Source of the DNA: Pseudomonadota bacterium
GTDB lineage: Bacteria; Bdellovibrionota_B; Oligoflexia; Oligoflexales; CAIYRB01
Direction: 5' to 3'
Assembly: GCA_043750715.1 (NCBI GenBank)
Contig: JAYVBB010000524.1
Coordinates: 1 to 32,013 of the forward strand
Length of the DNA stretch: 32,013 nt
Position numbers and translations under genes: made by a program. Under the pieces are notes generated by a model that was not told the DNA's origin, ran no database searches, and worked only from the letters and a program-made list of their open reading frames with translations. Positions within the stretch are counted from its first letter, which is position 1. Every line of letters starts with the position of its first letter. Positions 5,979 to 14,771 of the stretch are shown one piece after another.

Positions 5979-8900
5979 TTGCCGTTTTACCATGCGATGC
6001 GTGAAGAGAGACTGACACCAATAATTGGTTGCGAGTTTTACTTTGTAGAAGATCCGCTCATCAAGGACGAGACGAGCCGATCTGCGGCCCATCTCATTCT
6101 GCTGGCGAAAGATTTCGAGGGCTGGCTGAACCTGCTGAAGCTGTCGCGCTTGTCCTATGAAGAGGGCTTCTACTACAAGCCACGGATAGGGATGAAATGG
6201 CTCGCCACACACAGCGGCGGTCTGATCTGCCAGACGGCATGTCTTGGCGGCGTACTCTCAAGAGAGGTTTGGCGCGAGCGCGACGGCAAAAGCACCATCG
6301 GTCTTGAACAGCGCTGGCAGCAGTTCCACGCAATATTCGGCAACGATCTTTACGTGGAGTTCCAGGGTCATAATGCTCCCGATCAACAGTTGATCAACGA
6401 AGCGTTTGTTGCGCGTCTATCGCTGACGCCTGGGTTTCAGCATGTCTGTAGCAACGACAACCACTACATTCTTCCAGAGCATGCCAAAATCCAACTGCTG
6501 ATCAAGGCGTCGGCTTTCAAGAACGCGGAAGCTGCCGCCAGCTACACGAACTTCGACTCGCTCTGGCTTAAAAGCCCACGTGACGTCTACGAGACCTTTC
6601 GCGAGCACCACGAATACCTGCCGAAGGAGTTCATCGTTCGCGGTATGCGCTCGACCGAAGAGATCTTCGAGAAGTGTGCCAATTTCGAGCTGCCGAAGAA
6701 AAAGTATCTGCCGCGCTACAGCGACGACGGAGGCTTCTTCAAGACGCTGACGCTTCGGAAGCTGAAAGAGTTCCTGGCGAAAGAGGATTGGCGCTTCGCG
6801 TCCAAAGAGACCTACATCGAGCGTTTCAAGAACGAGTTCGAGGTGATCACGAAGTACGGGCTTCAGGACTATTTCCTGCTGGTCTGGGACATCGTCGAGT
6901 GGGCGAACAAGAAAGACATCTTCGTCGGCATCGGTCGCGGCAGCTCGGCGGGCAGCTTCATCTGCTACCTGCTCGGCATCGTCAAGATCAACCCGCTCCA
7001 ATACCGGCTGATCTTCGAGCGCATGCTGAACGCCAACCGCTGCGAGAACGGCGAGCTGCCGGATATCGATCTCGACTTCGAGAGCCTTCGCCGCAACGAA
7101 GTGAAGGACTACGTCTTTAAGAAATACGGCAAGGAGTACGTCTGCGAGATCGGCACCTATGGGCGGATGATGCTCAAGACGGCGATCGTCGATTTCGGGA
7201 AGCAATTCGGCTTCGAGGCACGGGATCTGGTGATGATCACCACGAATCTCGGGCTCGACAAGACGGACGCGCAAAGCCTCGACGCTGCGGTCGAGTCGTC
7301 GCCGAAGCTGAAGTCGATGATGGTCGAGCACCCGGATTACGAGCACGCGGTGAAGGTGGCGATCGGTCAGATCAAGAGCCAGTCGATTCACCCGGCAGGC
7401 GTGTTGATTTGCTCGGACCCGCTCGAAACGGTGACGCCGCTCAAGACGCAGAAGAAAGCCGACAAGGGTTCGAAGAAGGCTGGCGAGAACCGCGTGATCG
7501 TGACGCAGGCTGAAGATAAGCACGTGATCAGCCAGGGCCTCGTCAAGATGGATTTCTTGGGGCTGAAGGAATACGACATCTTCAAGTCGGTGATCGAGAA
7601 TGCGAAGGCTGCGGGCTACGAGCATGAACTGACGAGCAAGAACTACATCGACGTTATTCACGACGCTGAAGTGGCAAAACCCGACGCCAAAGTCTGGGAG
7701 CTGTTCCGCCAGGGAAAGACCGAGGCGGTGTTCCAGTTCGGCTCGGACGGCATGAAGCAGCTTTTGATCGACATGAAGGCAGACAGCTTGGCGGATCTTG
7801 TCGCCGCCGTTGCGCTCTATCGGCCTGGCTGCCTAGAGAACGGCTGGCACACGCAATACTACCGCCGCAAGGCTGGCGAAGAGGAAGTTGAGTTCGTGCA
7901 CCCGGTGCTCGAAAAGGTTCTGGCCGACACCTACGGCGTGGTGATCTATCAGGAGCAGTTCATGGAGGTATTCCATCTGCTCGGTGACGTGCCCATGGTG
8001 GACGCTGACACGATCCGCTCGGCGCTCGGCAAGAAGGACGTCGAGAAGCTGAACAAGTTCGAGGCGAAGTTCGTCAAGGGCGCGGCAAAGAAGATCGGCG
8101 AAGCTGAAGCGAAGGTCGTCTGGGATCAGCTCGCTAAAGCGTCGGGCTACACGTTCAACCGCTCGCACTCGGCGGTCTATGCGATCGTCGCCTATGTGAG
8201 CCAGTGGATGAAGGTGCACTTCCCGATCGCGTATTGGGCTGCCGTCGTCGATTGGAACTGCCGCAAGAAAGAGACCGACCTGCTCTCGAACAAACGCGCC
8301 GCCGCCGACATGGGCGTGCGCTTCCTGATGCCGGACATCAACAAGTCGAAGGTGCACTTCGCGATCGACGAAGAAGAGAAGATGCCGCGCTGGTCACTCT
8401 CGGGTATCTCGGGCATCGGGGAAAAGACCGCAGCCAACATCGTCGAAGGTCAGCCATACGCGACCGTCGAGGATTTCTTGAAGCGCATTCGCGGCGTCAA
8501 CATCAACAACAAGCTGACGCTGGCCTACGCGGGTGCATTTGACAAACTCTGCGACCGGAAGCAGGCGATTGACAAGATCTTCGCCACGAACAAGAAAAAG
8601 AAGAAACCGAAGATCACCGACTCGATGCTCCTCAGTTCCTATCATGCAGCTCTTGGATTCTTCGAGAGCAAGCTGGCGTCGATTTACAAAGGCATCAGCG
8701 ACAAGACCTGGAGTGAAGAGGAGGTCCGCGAAACCGCACCGGGTGAACCGCTGATGGTCGCGGGCATGGTGTCATCGATCAAGAAGGTCAAGACGAAGCG
8801 CGGCGATGTCATGGCGAAGGTGGGACTCGTCGATTCGGACGAGAGCTTCGAGCTGACGGTGTTCCCCGAGGCGTGGGCGATGTCGGTGATGGTCTTCCAG

Positions 8901-8993
8901 CTCGGCAACGTTGTGCAGGTGGCAGGCATGAAATCAGAGTACGGCGGGCGGCATCAAGTCGAAGTGTCCGAAGTCGAAGTGATCACGGAGTAA
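5979..8993 (+). CDS. dnaE: DNA polymerase III alpha subunit (DnaE-type, about 1000 aa); homology clearly extends upstream to at least 5841
   Basis: Motifs: ALTDHGTLAG, PDIDLDFE, IHPAGVLI, VIYQEQFMEV, FNRSHSAVYA, and a C-terminal OB fold (MVAGMVSSIKKVKTKRGDVMA). The PHP motif VYTHTHNHSFYSIADG is encoded in the same frame at 5841-5888, upstream of the first canonical start (TTG 5979). Confidence 0.9.
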   Translation: MPFYHAMREERLTPIIGCEFYFVEDPLIKDETSRSAAHLILLAKDFEGWLNLLKLSRLSYEEGFYYKPRIGMKWLATHSGGLICQTACLGGVLSREVWRERDGKSTIGLEQRWQQFHAIFGNDLYVEFQGHNAPDQQLINEAFVARLSLTPGFQHVCSNDNHYILPEHAKIQLLIKASAFKNAEAAASYTNFDSLWLKSPRDVYETFREHHEYLPKEFIVRGMRSTEEIFEKCANFELPKKKYLPRYSDDGGFFKTLTLRKLKEFLAKEDWRFASKETYIERFKNEFEVITKYGLQDYFLLVWDIVEWANKKDIFVGIGRGSSAGSFICYLLGIVKINPLQYRLIFERMLNANRCENGELPDIDLDFESLRRNEVKDYVFKKYGKEYVCEIGTYGRMMLKTAIVDFGKQFGFEARDLVMITTNLGLDKTDAQSLDAAVESSPKLKSMMVEHPDYEHAVKVAIGQIKSQSIHPAGVLICSDPLETVTPLKTQKKADKGSKKAGENRVIVTQAEDKHVISQGLVKMDFLGLKEYDIFKSVIENAKAAGYEHELTSKNYIDVIHDAEVAKPDAKVWELFRQGKTEAVFQFGSDGMKQLLIDMKADSLADLVAAVALYRPGCLENGWHTQYYRRKAGEEEVEFVHPVLEKVLADTYGVVIYQEQFMEVFHLLGDVPMVDADTIRSALGKKDVEKLNKFEAKFVKGAAKKIGEAEAKVVWDQLAKASGYTFNRSHSAVYAIVAYVSQWMKVHFPIAYWAAVVDWNCRKKETDLLSNKRAAADMGVRFLMPDINKSKVHFAIDEEEKMPRWSLSGISGIGEKTAANIVEGQPYATVEDFLKRIRGVNINNKLTLAYAGAFDKLCDRKQAIDKIFATNKKKKKPKITDSMLLSSYHAALGFFESKLASIYKGISDKTWSEEEVRETAPGEPLMVAGMVSSIKKVKTKRGDVMAKVGLVDSDESFELTVFPEAWAMSVMVFQLGNVVQVAGMKSEYGGRHQVEVSEVEVITE

Positions 8994-8995
8994 CG

Positions 8996-9418
8996 ATGAG
9001 CGTTAAGGATTTGGAAATTGCGATCGAAGGACTCCTGCCGCAAGAGATCCGCATCAAGCTGAAGGCAGAGCTGACCGTCTCGGAGGACTTGGAGCGCGAG
9101 GTCCGCCGTACAGCGGCACAGTTTGGATACTATGCGGTGCTCGCGGAGAAGGCCGAGTCCCGCCATCGTCGCGGCAAGCTTGGCTACGACATGTGGCGTA
9201 GCGGCTACGAGGACGAGCTGTCTCGCGACACGTCTTTCAAACGGGTGAAGGACCTGACGCGCCTTGTAATGCAGAGCCCGAAATACAAAGCTTGGATGCT
9301 CAAGCTGGATCAATATGAAGAAGAAGCAAGAATCATCAAGGCAATCGCCAAGGCGTTCGAGATCAAGAAAGATCTCGTCCAAACATCGGCGGCGGATCGT
9401 CGCAAGGAGATGCGGTAA
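8996..9418 (+). CDS. possible UvsY-like recombination mediator (140 aa)
   Basis: ATG 2 nt after the dnaE stop. Its size, helical pattern and position next to the gp32-like and UvsX-like genes fit UvsY. Loose by-eye similarity to T4 UvsY only. Confidence 0.4.
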   Translation: MSVKDLEIAIEGLLPQEIRIKLKAELTVSEDLEREVRRTAAQFGYYAVLAEKAESRHRRGKLGYDMWRSGYEDELSRDTSFKRVKDLTRLVMQSPKYKAWMLKLDQYEEEARIIKAIAKAFEIKKDLVQTSAADRRKEMR

Positions 9419-10338
9419 TGGCAATGAAGGTGGTGAAGGCTAAGTCGTCGGAAGAGGCAAAGCCGAAGAAGAAGTTGAAGGTCGTCGCGACCGAGCCTGA
9501 AGTTGATCCCGAGGAGCCAGACGAGGCTGAAGAGGAAAAGCCTGCGAAAAAGGCGAAGGCCGAAAAGCCCAAGAAGACTGCTGAGAAAGCACTTTCGACG
9601 TCGAAAGTCGAGGCGGTCGTTGTTGACTCGGTGAGTCTTCTCACAGAAGCGCGGGTCGCCTATAAAGCTTTCCAGGTTTCGTGGTTCGATTTCGCCAAGA
9701 AGTTGAAGGAAATTCGTGATGCCGAGGCGTGGCATGCGAGTGGGCAGGAGGACTTCACGTCGCTCTGTCGCGAGGAGTTCCCCGACATCCCGGCGTCTAC
9801 GATCTCGAAGTTCATCAAGGTCGTGGAAGAGTTCGGACCGGCGATGGAGGCGCGTGTGAAAGGGCTGAAAGCGCTGCCGTCGTATGATGCTCTGTATGAG
9901 GTGGCGGTCAACGAGAAGAAGATCCCGAAGGAAGATTCGATGCGCCTCCGCAAGGCGGTCGTCGATTGCAAGATCTCGGTGCGGGAGGTGCGGGAGGTCG
10001 TTCGCGGTCTCGTCTCAAAGAAGCCGACGAAGCACGCCGAATCGCGGGAAGAGAAGAAGAAGGTCAGGCGCGAAGAGATCGGCCTCAAGACGGAGGATGC
10101 GGAAGCCTCGGATGAAGATGTCGAGGTGGACGAGAAGGAAGAGATCACGTCGAGCATCGACAAGAATGCCGACGCGCTGCTCAAGCTGGTCAGGAAGCTG
10201 ATCAGCGACATCCCGGCGATCACGTCGTCGATGAAAGAAGGGACGGCGAAGCTGATCGAGCTGGCTGAGGCGATGGAAGAACTGCACGTCCAGAACAACG
10301 AGTTCTTGGATAAACTCGAAACGGTGTCGAACTCCTAA
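9418..10338 (+). CDS. hypothetical protein with Lys/Glu-rich N-terminal low-complexity region; possible DNA-binding protein
   Basis: TAATG overlap with the upstream gene. 306 aa. Contains palindrome copy 3 in frame (LSTSKV). Confidence 0.6.
   Translation: MAMKVVKAKSSEEAKPKKKLKVVATEPEVDPEEPDEAEEEKPAKKAKAEKPKKTAEKALSTSKVEAVVVDSVSLLTEARVAYKAFQVSWFDFAKKLKEIRDAEAWHASGQEDFTSLCREEFPDIPASTISKFIKVVEEFGPAMEARVKGLKALPSYDALYEVAVNEKKIPKEDSMRLRKAVVDCKISVREVREVVRGLVSKKPTKHAESREEKKKVRREEIGLKTEDAEASDEDVEVDEKEEITSSIDKNADALLKLVRKLISDIPAITSSMKEGTAKLIELAEAMEELHVQNNEFLDKLETVSNS
9591..9608. repeat. 18-bp palindrome copy 3 (inside a CDS)
   Basis: Exact match. Encodes LSTSKV in the low-complexity N-terminal region. 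Confidence 0.95.
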
Positions 10339-10350
10339 GAAAGGTAGCAG

Positions 10351-11442
10351 ATGGAAAAGACGAAGAAGAAGGGCAGCATGCTCGACCGCCTGAAGAACGA
10401 GGCGAAGCGGGTGAACGATGTTGAAGCATCACGTGGTGACTTCACGCGCATGTTCAAGCCGGAGAAGGGCGACAACCTGATCCGTATTTTGCCGCACTGG
10501 GATGTGAAGAAAAGGTCGAACGGCGACGAGCTGTTCTTCGCCAGGCGTCTGGTCCACTATCTCCCGGAGACCGGACGTGACGGTGGTCAGTACAATGCTC
10601 CACTTCGCTGCCTGAAGGACGATCAGGATGAAGCGTGTCCGGCGTGCCAGGTCTATGCGAGACTGAAGAAGTCTCAGAACAAGAAGGCGAACGATTTCCG
10701 TCCGACCGAGCGCTACCTCTACAACATCATCGACTACGGCGCAAAAGGTGGCGAGACCGCCGAGCCGCAGGTAGTGGTGTACGCGGCACCGTTTTCGATT
10801 CACAAAGAAGTCATGAACTGGGTCGAGGAACTCGGCACTGAGTTCTGGGACCTCGAAGCGGGCCGCGACTGGAAGCTGAAAAAGCTGGTCGATGCGTCGA
10901 AGGGTGCGCGAAACGGCACGAGCTATAAGCTGATGCCGAAGCTGCAAGACTCGGCGGTGCCGAAGAAGCTGCGTGAGCTGCTCGACAAGATGGCCGACCT
11001 CGATGCGATGTGGGCCGGTTACGATGAAGCGAAAATTCTGAAAGCTCTGAAACTCGCCGGTCAATCGGTCGAGGAAGCGGATGAAGAGACCGAAGAAGAA
11101 GAGGACGAAGAAGAGGACGAAGCCCCGAAAAAGGGGAAGTCCAAAACCAAAGCGAAGGAGGACGAAGATGAAGAGGAAGAAGAAGAAAAAGAAGACGACG
11201 ATTCGGACGACGACGAGGAAGAGGAAGAAGAAAAGTCCGCGAAAAAGTCTGCAAAGCCCAAAGCCAAGCCAAAGGCTGAAGCGGACGACGAAGAGGAAGA
11301 AAGCGACGACGAAGAAAGCGACGACGAAGAGGAAGTGAAACCGAAGAAGGTTACGAAGGCTGAGGCTCCCGCAAAGGCCAAGGTCAAAAAGAAATCTTCG
11401 GACACTGATATCGACGACGAACTCCGCTCGCTGGGTGTTTAA
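10351..11442 (+). CDS. T4 gp32-like single-stranded DNA-binding protein with a very long acidic/lysine-rich tail
   Basis: LIRILPHW corresponds to the gp32 IRFLP motif. The zinc site pattern is H...C...CPAC. YLYNII and an acidic C-terminus ending DIDDELRSLGV are also present. Confidence 0.7.
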   Translation: MEKTKKKGSMLDRLKNEAKRVNDVEASRGDFTRMFKPEKGDNLIRILPHWDVKKRSNGDELFFARRLVHYLPETGRDGGQYNAPLRCLKDDQDEACPACQVYARLKKSQNKKANDFRPTERYLYNIIDYGAKGGETAEPQVVVYAAPFSIHKEVMNWVEELGTEFWDLEAGRDWKLKKLVDASKGARNGTSYKLMPKLQDSAVPKKLRELLDKMADLDAMWAGYDEAKILKALKLAGQSVEEADEETEEEEDEEEDEAPKKGKSKTKAKEDEDEEEEEEKEDDDSDDDEEEEEEKSAKKSAKPKAKPKAEADDEEEESDDEESDDEEEVKPKKVTKAEAPAKAKVKKKSSDTDIDDELRSLGV

Positions 11443-11741
11443 TGGAAAAGAACTCGGATAGGGTCAATTTTTCTTTTGGCATGAAAATCCCTGGCCCTGT
11501 CCAGTTCTCCAGCTTTACGTTCAGTTGCTCGTACAGCACGGATCTGATGCCCGAAGAGACGCCGGAGGACGCGATAGATCGCGTTCGGAAGCTTGTAATG
11601 GCAGAAGTTGAGAAGGACTATAATGCGCACCGAGACGACAGCCAGCGAGACGTCGGAGACGACAGCGAGTTCGCCGCCGAAATTTCAAAGAAGAGCGAAG
11701 GTGGAAAAAGCCGTCGCAAAAAAGAAGACGAAGAAGACTGA
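11442..11741 (+). CDS. hypothetical protein (99 aa)
   Basis: TAATG overlap with the upstream gene. The tail overlaps the next gene. Confidence 0.45.
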   Translation: MEKNSDRVNFSFGMKIPGPVQFSSFTFSCSYSTDLMPEETPEDAIDRVRKLVMAEVEKDYNAHRDDSQRDVGDDSEFAAEISKKSEGGKSRRKKEDEED

Positions 11742-12795
11742 GACGCTGACCGAGTTCAAGATCAAGGGATCGAACTCGTGCGACAATCTTATCGACTCCG
11801 TGGCCAAGGGCCTCGGCAAGTCTTTCGCTGTCGAGATGATGCACACGGATGCAGAGGACAACGTCCCCTATTACATTCCGTTTAAGCACGTCGGCCTGCA
11901 AGCGATTACGGGAGGCGTGCCAGGCGGCATGATGACGGTGATCGAAGGCGACTCTCAGTGTGGCAAGTCCTACCTTCTTTACGAGCTGATCGTGCAGACC
12001 GTGTTGATGGGTGGCTACGCCTTCCTTTCGGACCCGGAGAACGCATTCCAGCCGCGATTCATGAAACGTGTGGGGCTCGACGCCAGTAAGCGGTTTATCT
12101 ACACGAGCCGCGAAAACCAGCTCGCCCGCACGTTCATGATGTGGCGGAAGTTTGTCACCGCTGTCCGCGAGAAAGACAAGGTGTCACCGATCCTGATCGG
12201 TGCGGACTCGTACCCGGCCCTGCAGATCAAGCTGGTCGTGGATGAGTTGACGAAAAAGTCAGCGTCGAATGGAACCGGCGAGAAGAGAGACGAGCTGACG
12301 GGCTACCTCCAGGCGCGTAAGAACGCGGAATTCGCGCAGCTCCTGGGGGAGTTCGTCGGCTTCATGTCCGAGAACAAGGTGGCGCTGGTGTTCATTAACC
12401 AGCTCCGCAACAAGATCGGCGTGTTCTTCGGTGACTCGACGACAACCAACGCTGAGACGATCTTCAAATACTTCGCCACGCTGCGGATTCGCGGACGGCT
12501 TGGCAAGAAGATCAAGGAGAGCGCGGCCAAGGCAAAGGAAGGCGCTGCCCGTCAGGTCGGCGTGCGGTCGAACTGGGAGACGATCAAGAACAGGAACGTT
12601 GAGCCGTTCAAGAAGATCGAGACGAGGATCATCTACAAGAACGGCGTCGATCCGATGTCGGGGCTGATCGATCTGCTCGCGACTGAGGGTAAAATCGCTC
12701 TCGCAGACGACGGCTTCTTCTTCAACAAAAAGCAATTTCAGGAAGAAGATCTGGCGAAGTTCATCGCTGATCACCCTGAAGTGTTGAGTCTATAA
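11623..12795 (+). CDS. RecA/UvsX-family recombinase
   Basis: Walker A GDSQCGKS, Walker B-like ILIGADS, FINQLRNKIG (RecA INQIR region), and GVDPMSGLIDLL (UvsX GIDPYSGLLDM). ATG 11623 is preferred over TTG 11608. Confidence 0.8.
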   Translation: MRTETTASETSETTASSPPKFQRRAKVEKAVAKKKTKKTETLTEFKIKGSNSCDNLIDSVAKGLGKSFAVEMMHTDAEDNVPYYIPFKHVGLQAITGGVPGGMMTVIEGDSQCGKSYLLYELIVQTVLMGGYAFLSDPENAFQPRFMKRVGLDASKRFIYTSRENQLARTFMMWRKFVTAVREKDKVSPILIGADSYPALQIKLVVDELTKKSASNGTGEKRDELTGYLQARKNAEFAQLLGEFVGFMSENKVALVFINQLRNKIGVFFGDSTTTNAETIFKYFATLRIRGRLGKKIKESAAKAKEGAARQVGVRSNWETIKNRNVEPFKKIETRIIYKNGVDPMSGLIDLLATEGKIALADDGFFFNKKQFQEEDLAKFIADHPEVLSL

Positions 12796-12796
12796 G

Positions 12797-13072
12797 GTGA
12801 ATAAAATGAGACCGAGCGAATACCTGGAGCGGGACAGAAAGAATCCGATGAACCCGATTTACCGGATGCTCACACCGGGTCAGCGCACCGAAGCGGAGAC
12901 GGTGATCAAAGCCGGATTCGATCTGATCGGAAGCCGAATGGACGAGGACTATAAAGACATGACCCCCGACGCGGTGAACGCGATGTCTGTGCTTCAGGGC
13001 TTTCTGTGCGCATTCATCGAGCATGCCATGAATCCAGCGCTGATCCGTGAGCACATGGAGGCGATGGCGTAA
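12797..13072 (+). CDS. hypothetical protein (about 90 aa)
   Basis: GTG 12797 or ATG 12806. Good G/C3 bias. Confidence 0.55.
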   Translation: MNKMRPSEYLERDRKNPMNPIYRMLTPGQRTEAETVIKAGFDLIGSRMDEDYKDMTPDAVNAMSVLQGFLCAFIEHAMNPALIREHMEAMA

Positions 13073-14110
13073 GTGGCACTTCACCTGCTCTATTCGGATG
13101 TTCACGTGAAACGGGAAACACTCGCTGTTGTTCGGCGGGTGTTCGACTGCATCGGCGAGCAGGCGGTGAAGCTCGGAGTCGTCAAGACGGGCGGCTACGT
13201 CCTCAACAACGGCGACTTGTTCGATCAGCGCGGCCTGATTCCAACGGCGTGCTGGGACCTTGTCGTCGAGGCGCGAACGAAGTGGCAAGAGCTGGGAATC
13301 CAGCACATCGACAATGTCGGCAACCACGACCAGGACGATCGCGATGGCGAGATCCACCCTTTGAAGATCTTCGAGTCGTTCGGCTGGGAGGTCTGCACGA
13401 AGCCGACCTTCATCGACGAGTTCAGCTTCGCGGTGATCCCTTACACGCACGGGCTCGCGGCAGAGCTGCCTGAGGCGGCAGAGATGAAACCGAAAGCGCT
13501 CTTCGTTCACGCAGGCATCAAGTCGGCCTTCAGGAACGACAAGAGCCGCGACACGGACGGCATCTCGATCGAGCTTTTCGCCCCGTTCAAGCGGGTATTC
13601 TCGGGCCACTATCACTTCCGGCATGAGGTCGAGAACGTCCAATATATCGGCTCAACGCATCAGCACACGCACGCTGAAGCGGGCCAAGACAAAGGCTTCC
13701 TGATCTATAACGACAGGACGGGCGAGATCGTGTTCCATGAGATCCCCGGCACACCGAAGCATTACAGCATGCGGCTCGGTTTTAACGACTCGGGCAAGCT
13801 GGTGATCCAAGAAGGCAAGGAGCTGGTCGGCGAGCTGGAGACCTGTGATCTGGTGAAGGTGCACGTCAGCGGGCGCTCGGATCAGGTCAAGATGGTTTCG
13901 AAAGGCCAGGTGACTGACAAAATCAAACACGATGGCTTCACGCTCGAACGACACATTGTGGACGAGACGGTGTCGCGGCTGGAGATCAGCAATGGCGGCA
14001 AGGCTCTCGACCAGAAGGATTTGATTTCGAAGTACGTGAACTTCATCGATCCAAGCCTCGACAAGAAAAAGCTCGTGTCGCTTGGCTCGGAGTTCCTGGG
14101 AGGCCACTGA
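13073..14110 (+). CDS. sbcD: Mre11/SbcD/gp47-type metallophosphoesterase nuclease
   Basis: Phosphoesterase motifs in order: SDVH, GDLFD, GNHD, VHAG, GHYH. Confidence 0.8.
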   Translation: MALHLLYSDVHVKRETLAVVRRVFDCIGEQAVKLGVVKTGGYVLNNGDLFDQRGLIPTACWDLVVEARTKWQELGIQHIDNVGNHDQDDRDGEIHPLKIFESFGWEVCTKPTFIDEFSFAVIPYTHGLAAELPEAAEMKPKALFVHAGIKSAFRNDKSRDTDGISIELFAPFKRVFSGHYHFRHEVENVQYIGSTHQHTHAEAGQDKGFLIYNDRTGEIVFHEIPGTPKHYSMRLGFNDSGKLVIQEGKELVGELETCDLVKVHVSGRSDQVKMVSKGQVTDKIKHDGFTLERHIVDETVSRLEISNGGKALDQKDLISKYVNFIDPSLDKKKLVSLGSEFLGGH

Positions 14111-14448
14111 TGCCGCTTTACGAGTTCGGCTGCGAGAAATGCAAAGAACGGCGCGATGCCATGCTGTCGTATGAAGAGATGCTGGCAGCACGCGAGTGCA
14201 AGCTGAAGTGTCCGAGCTGCGGTGACGAGACCGGGGCATACCGAGAGATTTTCACGAAGGCACCGTTGGGCAGGGTCGGCGGGCCTGGCAGCGACCGGGA
14301 CATCGCTGCGATGCAACAATCTTTCCGTGAACACTTTCAAAAATCGGGTGAAGCAGATGAGGTCAGACATAAGCACGGGTCAGCGTTCGATGACAGCATC
14401 CGTGGTGCCGCCGCCGAAAAAATCAAACAAAATCTTGGGACGGCTTAG
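14110..14448 (+). CDS. FmdB-family (CxxC_CxxC_SSSS) zinc-ribbon protein
   Basis: MPLYEFGCEKC...CPSCG is typical of the family. TGATG overlap with the upstream gene. Confidence 0.6.
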   Translation: MPLYEFGCEKCKERRDAMLSYEEMLAARECKLKCPSCGDETGAYREIFTKAPLGRVGGPGSDRDIAAMQQSFREHFQKSGEADEVRHKHGSAFDDSIRGAAAEKIKQNLGTA

Positions 14449-14467
14449 AAAGAGCATCAAGGGCTAC

Positions 14468-14764
14468 GTGCGCCACCAGTGGGTGGATATGGGGCAGGTG
14501 AAGCCAGAAGCGCGGTCGCTACCGCACTTGATCTCGCTCAACAGCGAGGCGGGCACGATCGACTTCAGGATCCGAAACCAGAAGGATCTGTGCCGATTTC
14601 GTGATCACTATCTGAATCGCTTTCATGAGCTGATCGCGAAGCACAAGGATGGCGAGAAGATCACCCGTGAACTGTTCGTCCTTTACGACGAGATTCGTCG
14701 CCACTTCCGAGTGAAATACCGCGCCAATGTCAGGACCCGCCTGCGGTCCCATCTCCCGATCTGA
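14468..14764 (+). CDS. hypothetical protein; start uncertain (14357, 14390, 14468 or 14489)
   Basis: Coding bias downstream of 14448. GTG 14468 is preceded by AAGGG. Confidence 0.45.
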   Translation: MRHQWVDMGQVKPEARSLPHLISLNSEAGTIDFRIRNQKDLCRFRDHYLNRFHELIAKHKDGEKITRELFVLYDEIRRHFRVKYRANVRTRLRSHLPI

Positions 14765-14771
14765 GGTCTCC

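Noticed and set aside
6417-7661. 414-aa minus-strand ORF antisense to dnaE. Similar long antisense ORFs occur at 14730..16163 (477 aa), 12761..13642, 10429..11064, 21243..21938 and 24217..25011.
   Set aside because: These are shadow ORFs of a GC-rich coding strand. They have Arg/Leu/Val/Asp-heavy composition and no recognisable motifs. Each lies opposite a gene with clear family signatures and the correct third-position bias.
5388-8993. A single giant fusion protein made by TAA readthrough from ORF 5388..5801 into dnaE (same frame).
   Set aside because: The frames do coincide, but the TAATG-coupled ATG at 5801 plus a 1-nt frame offset is the simpler explanation. No other in-frame stops within genes suggest stop-codon reassignment. 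It is mentioned as an alternative in the DnaE finding.
11061-11405. A Ser-rich minus-strand ORF and a Lys/Arg-rich +2 frame ORF (11081..11338) over the SSB tail.
   Set aside because: These are alternative-frame readings of the purine-rich GAA/GAG/GAC/AAG low-complexity DNA that encodes the acidic/lysine tail of the gp32-like protein.
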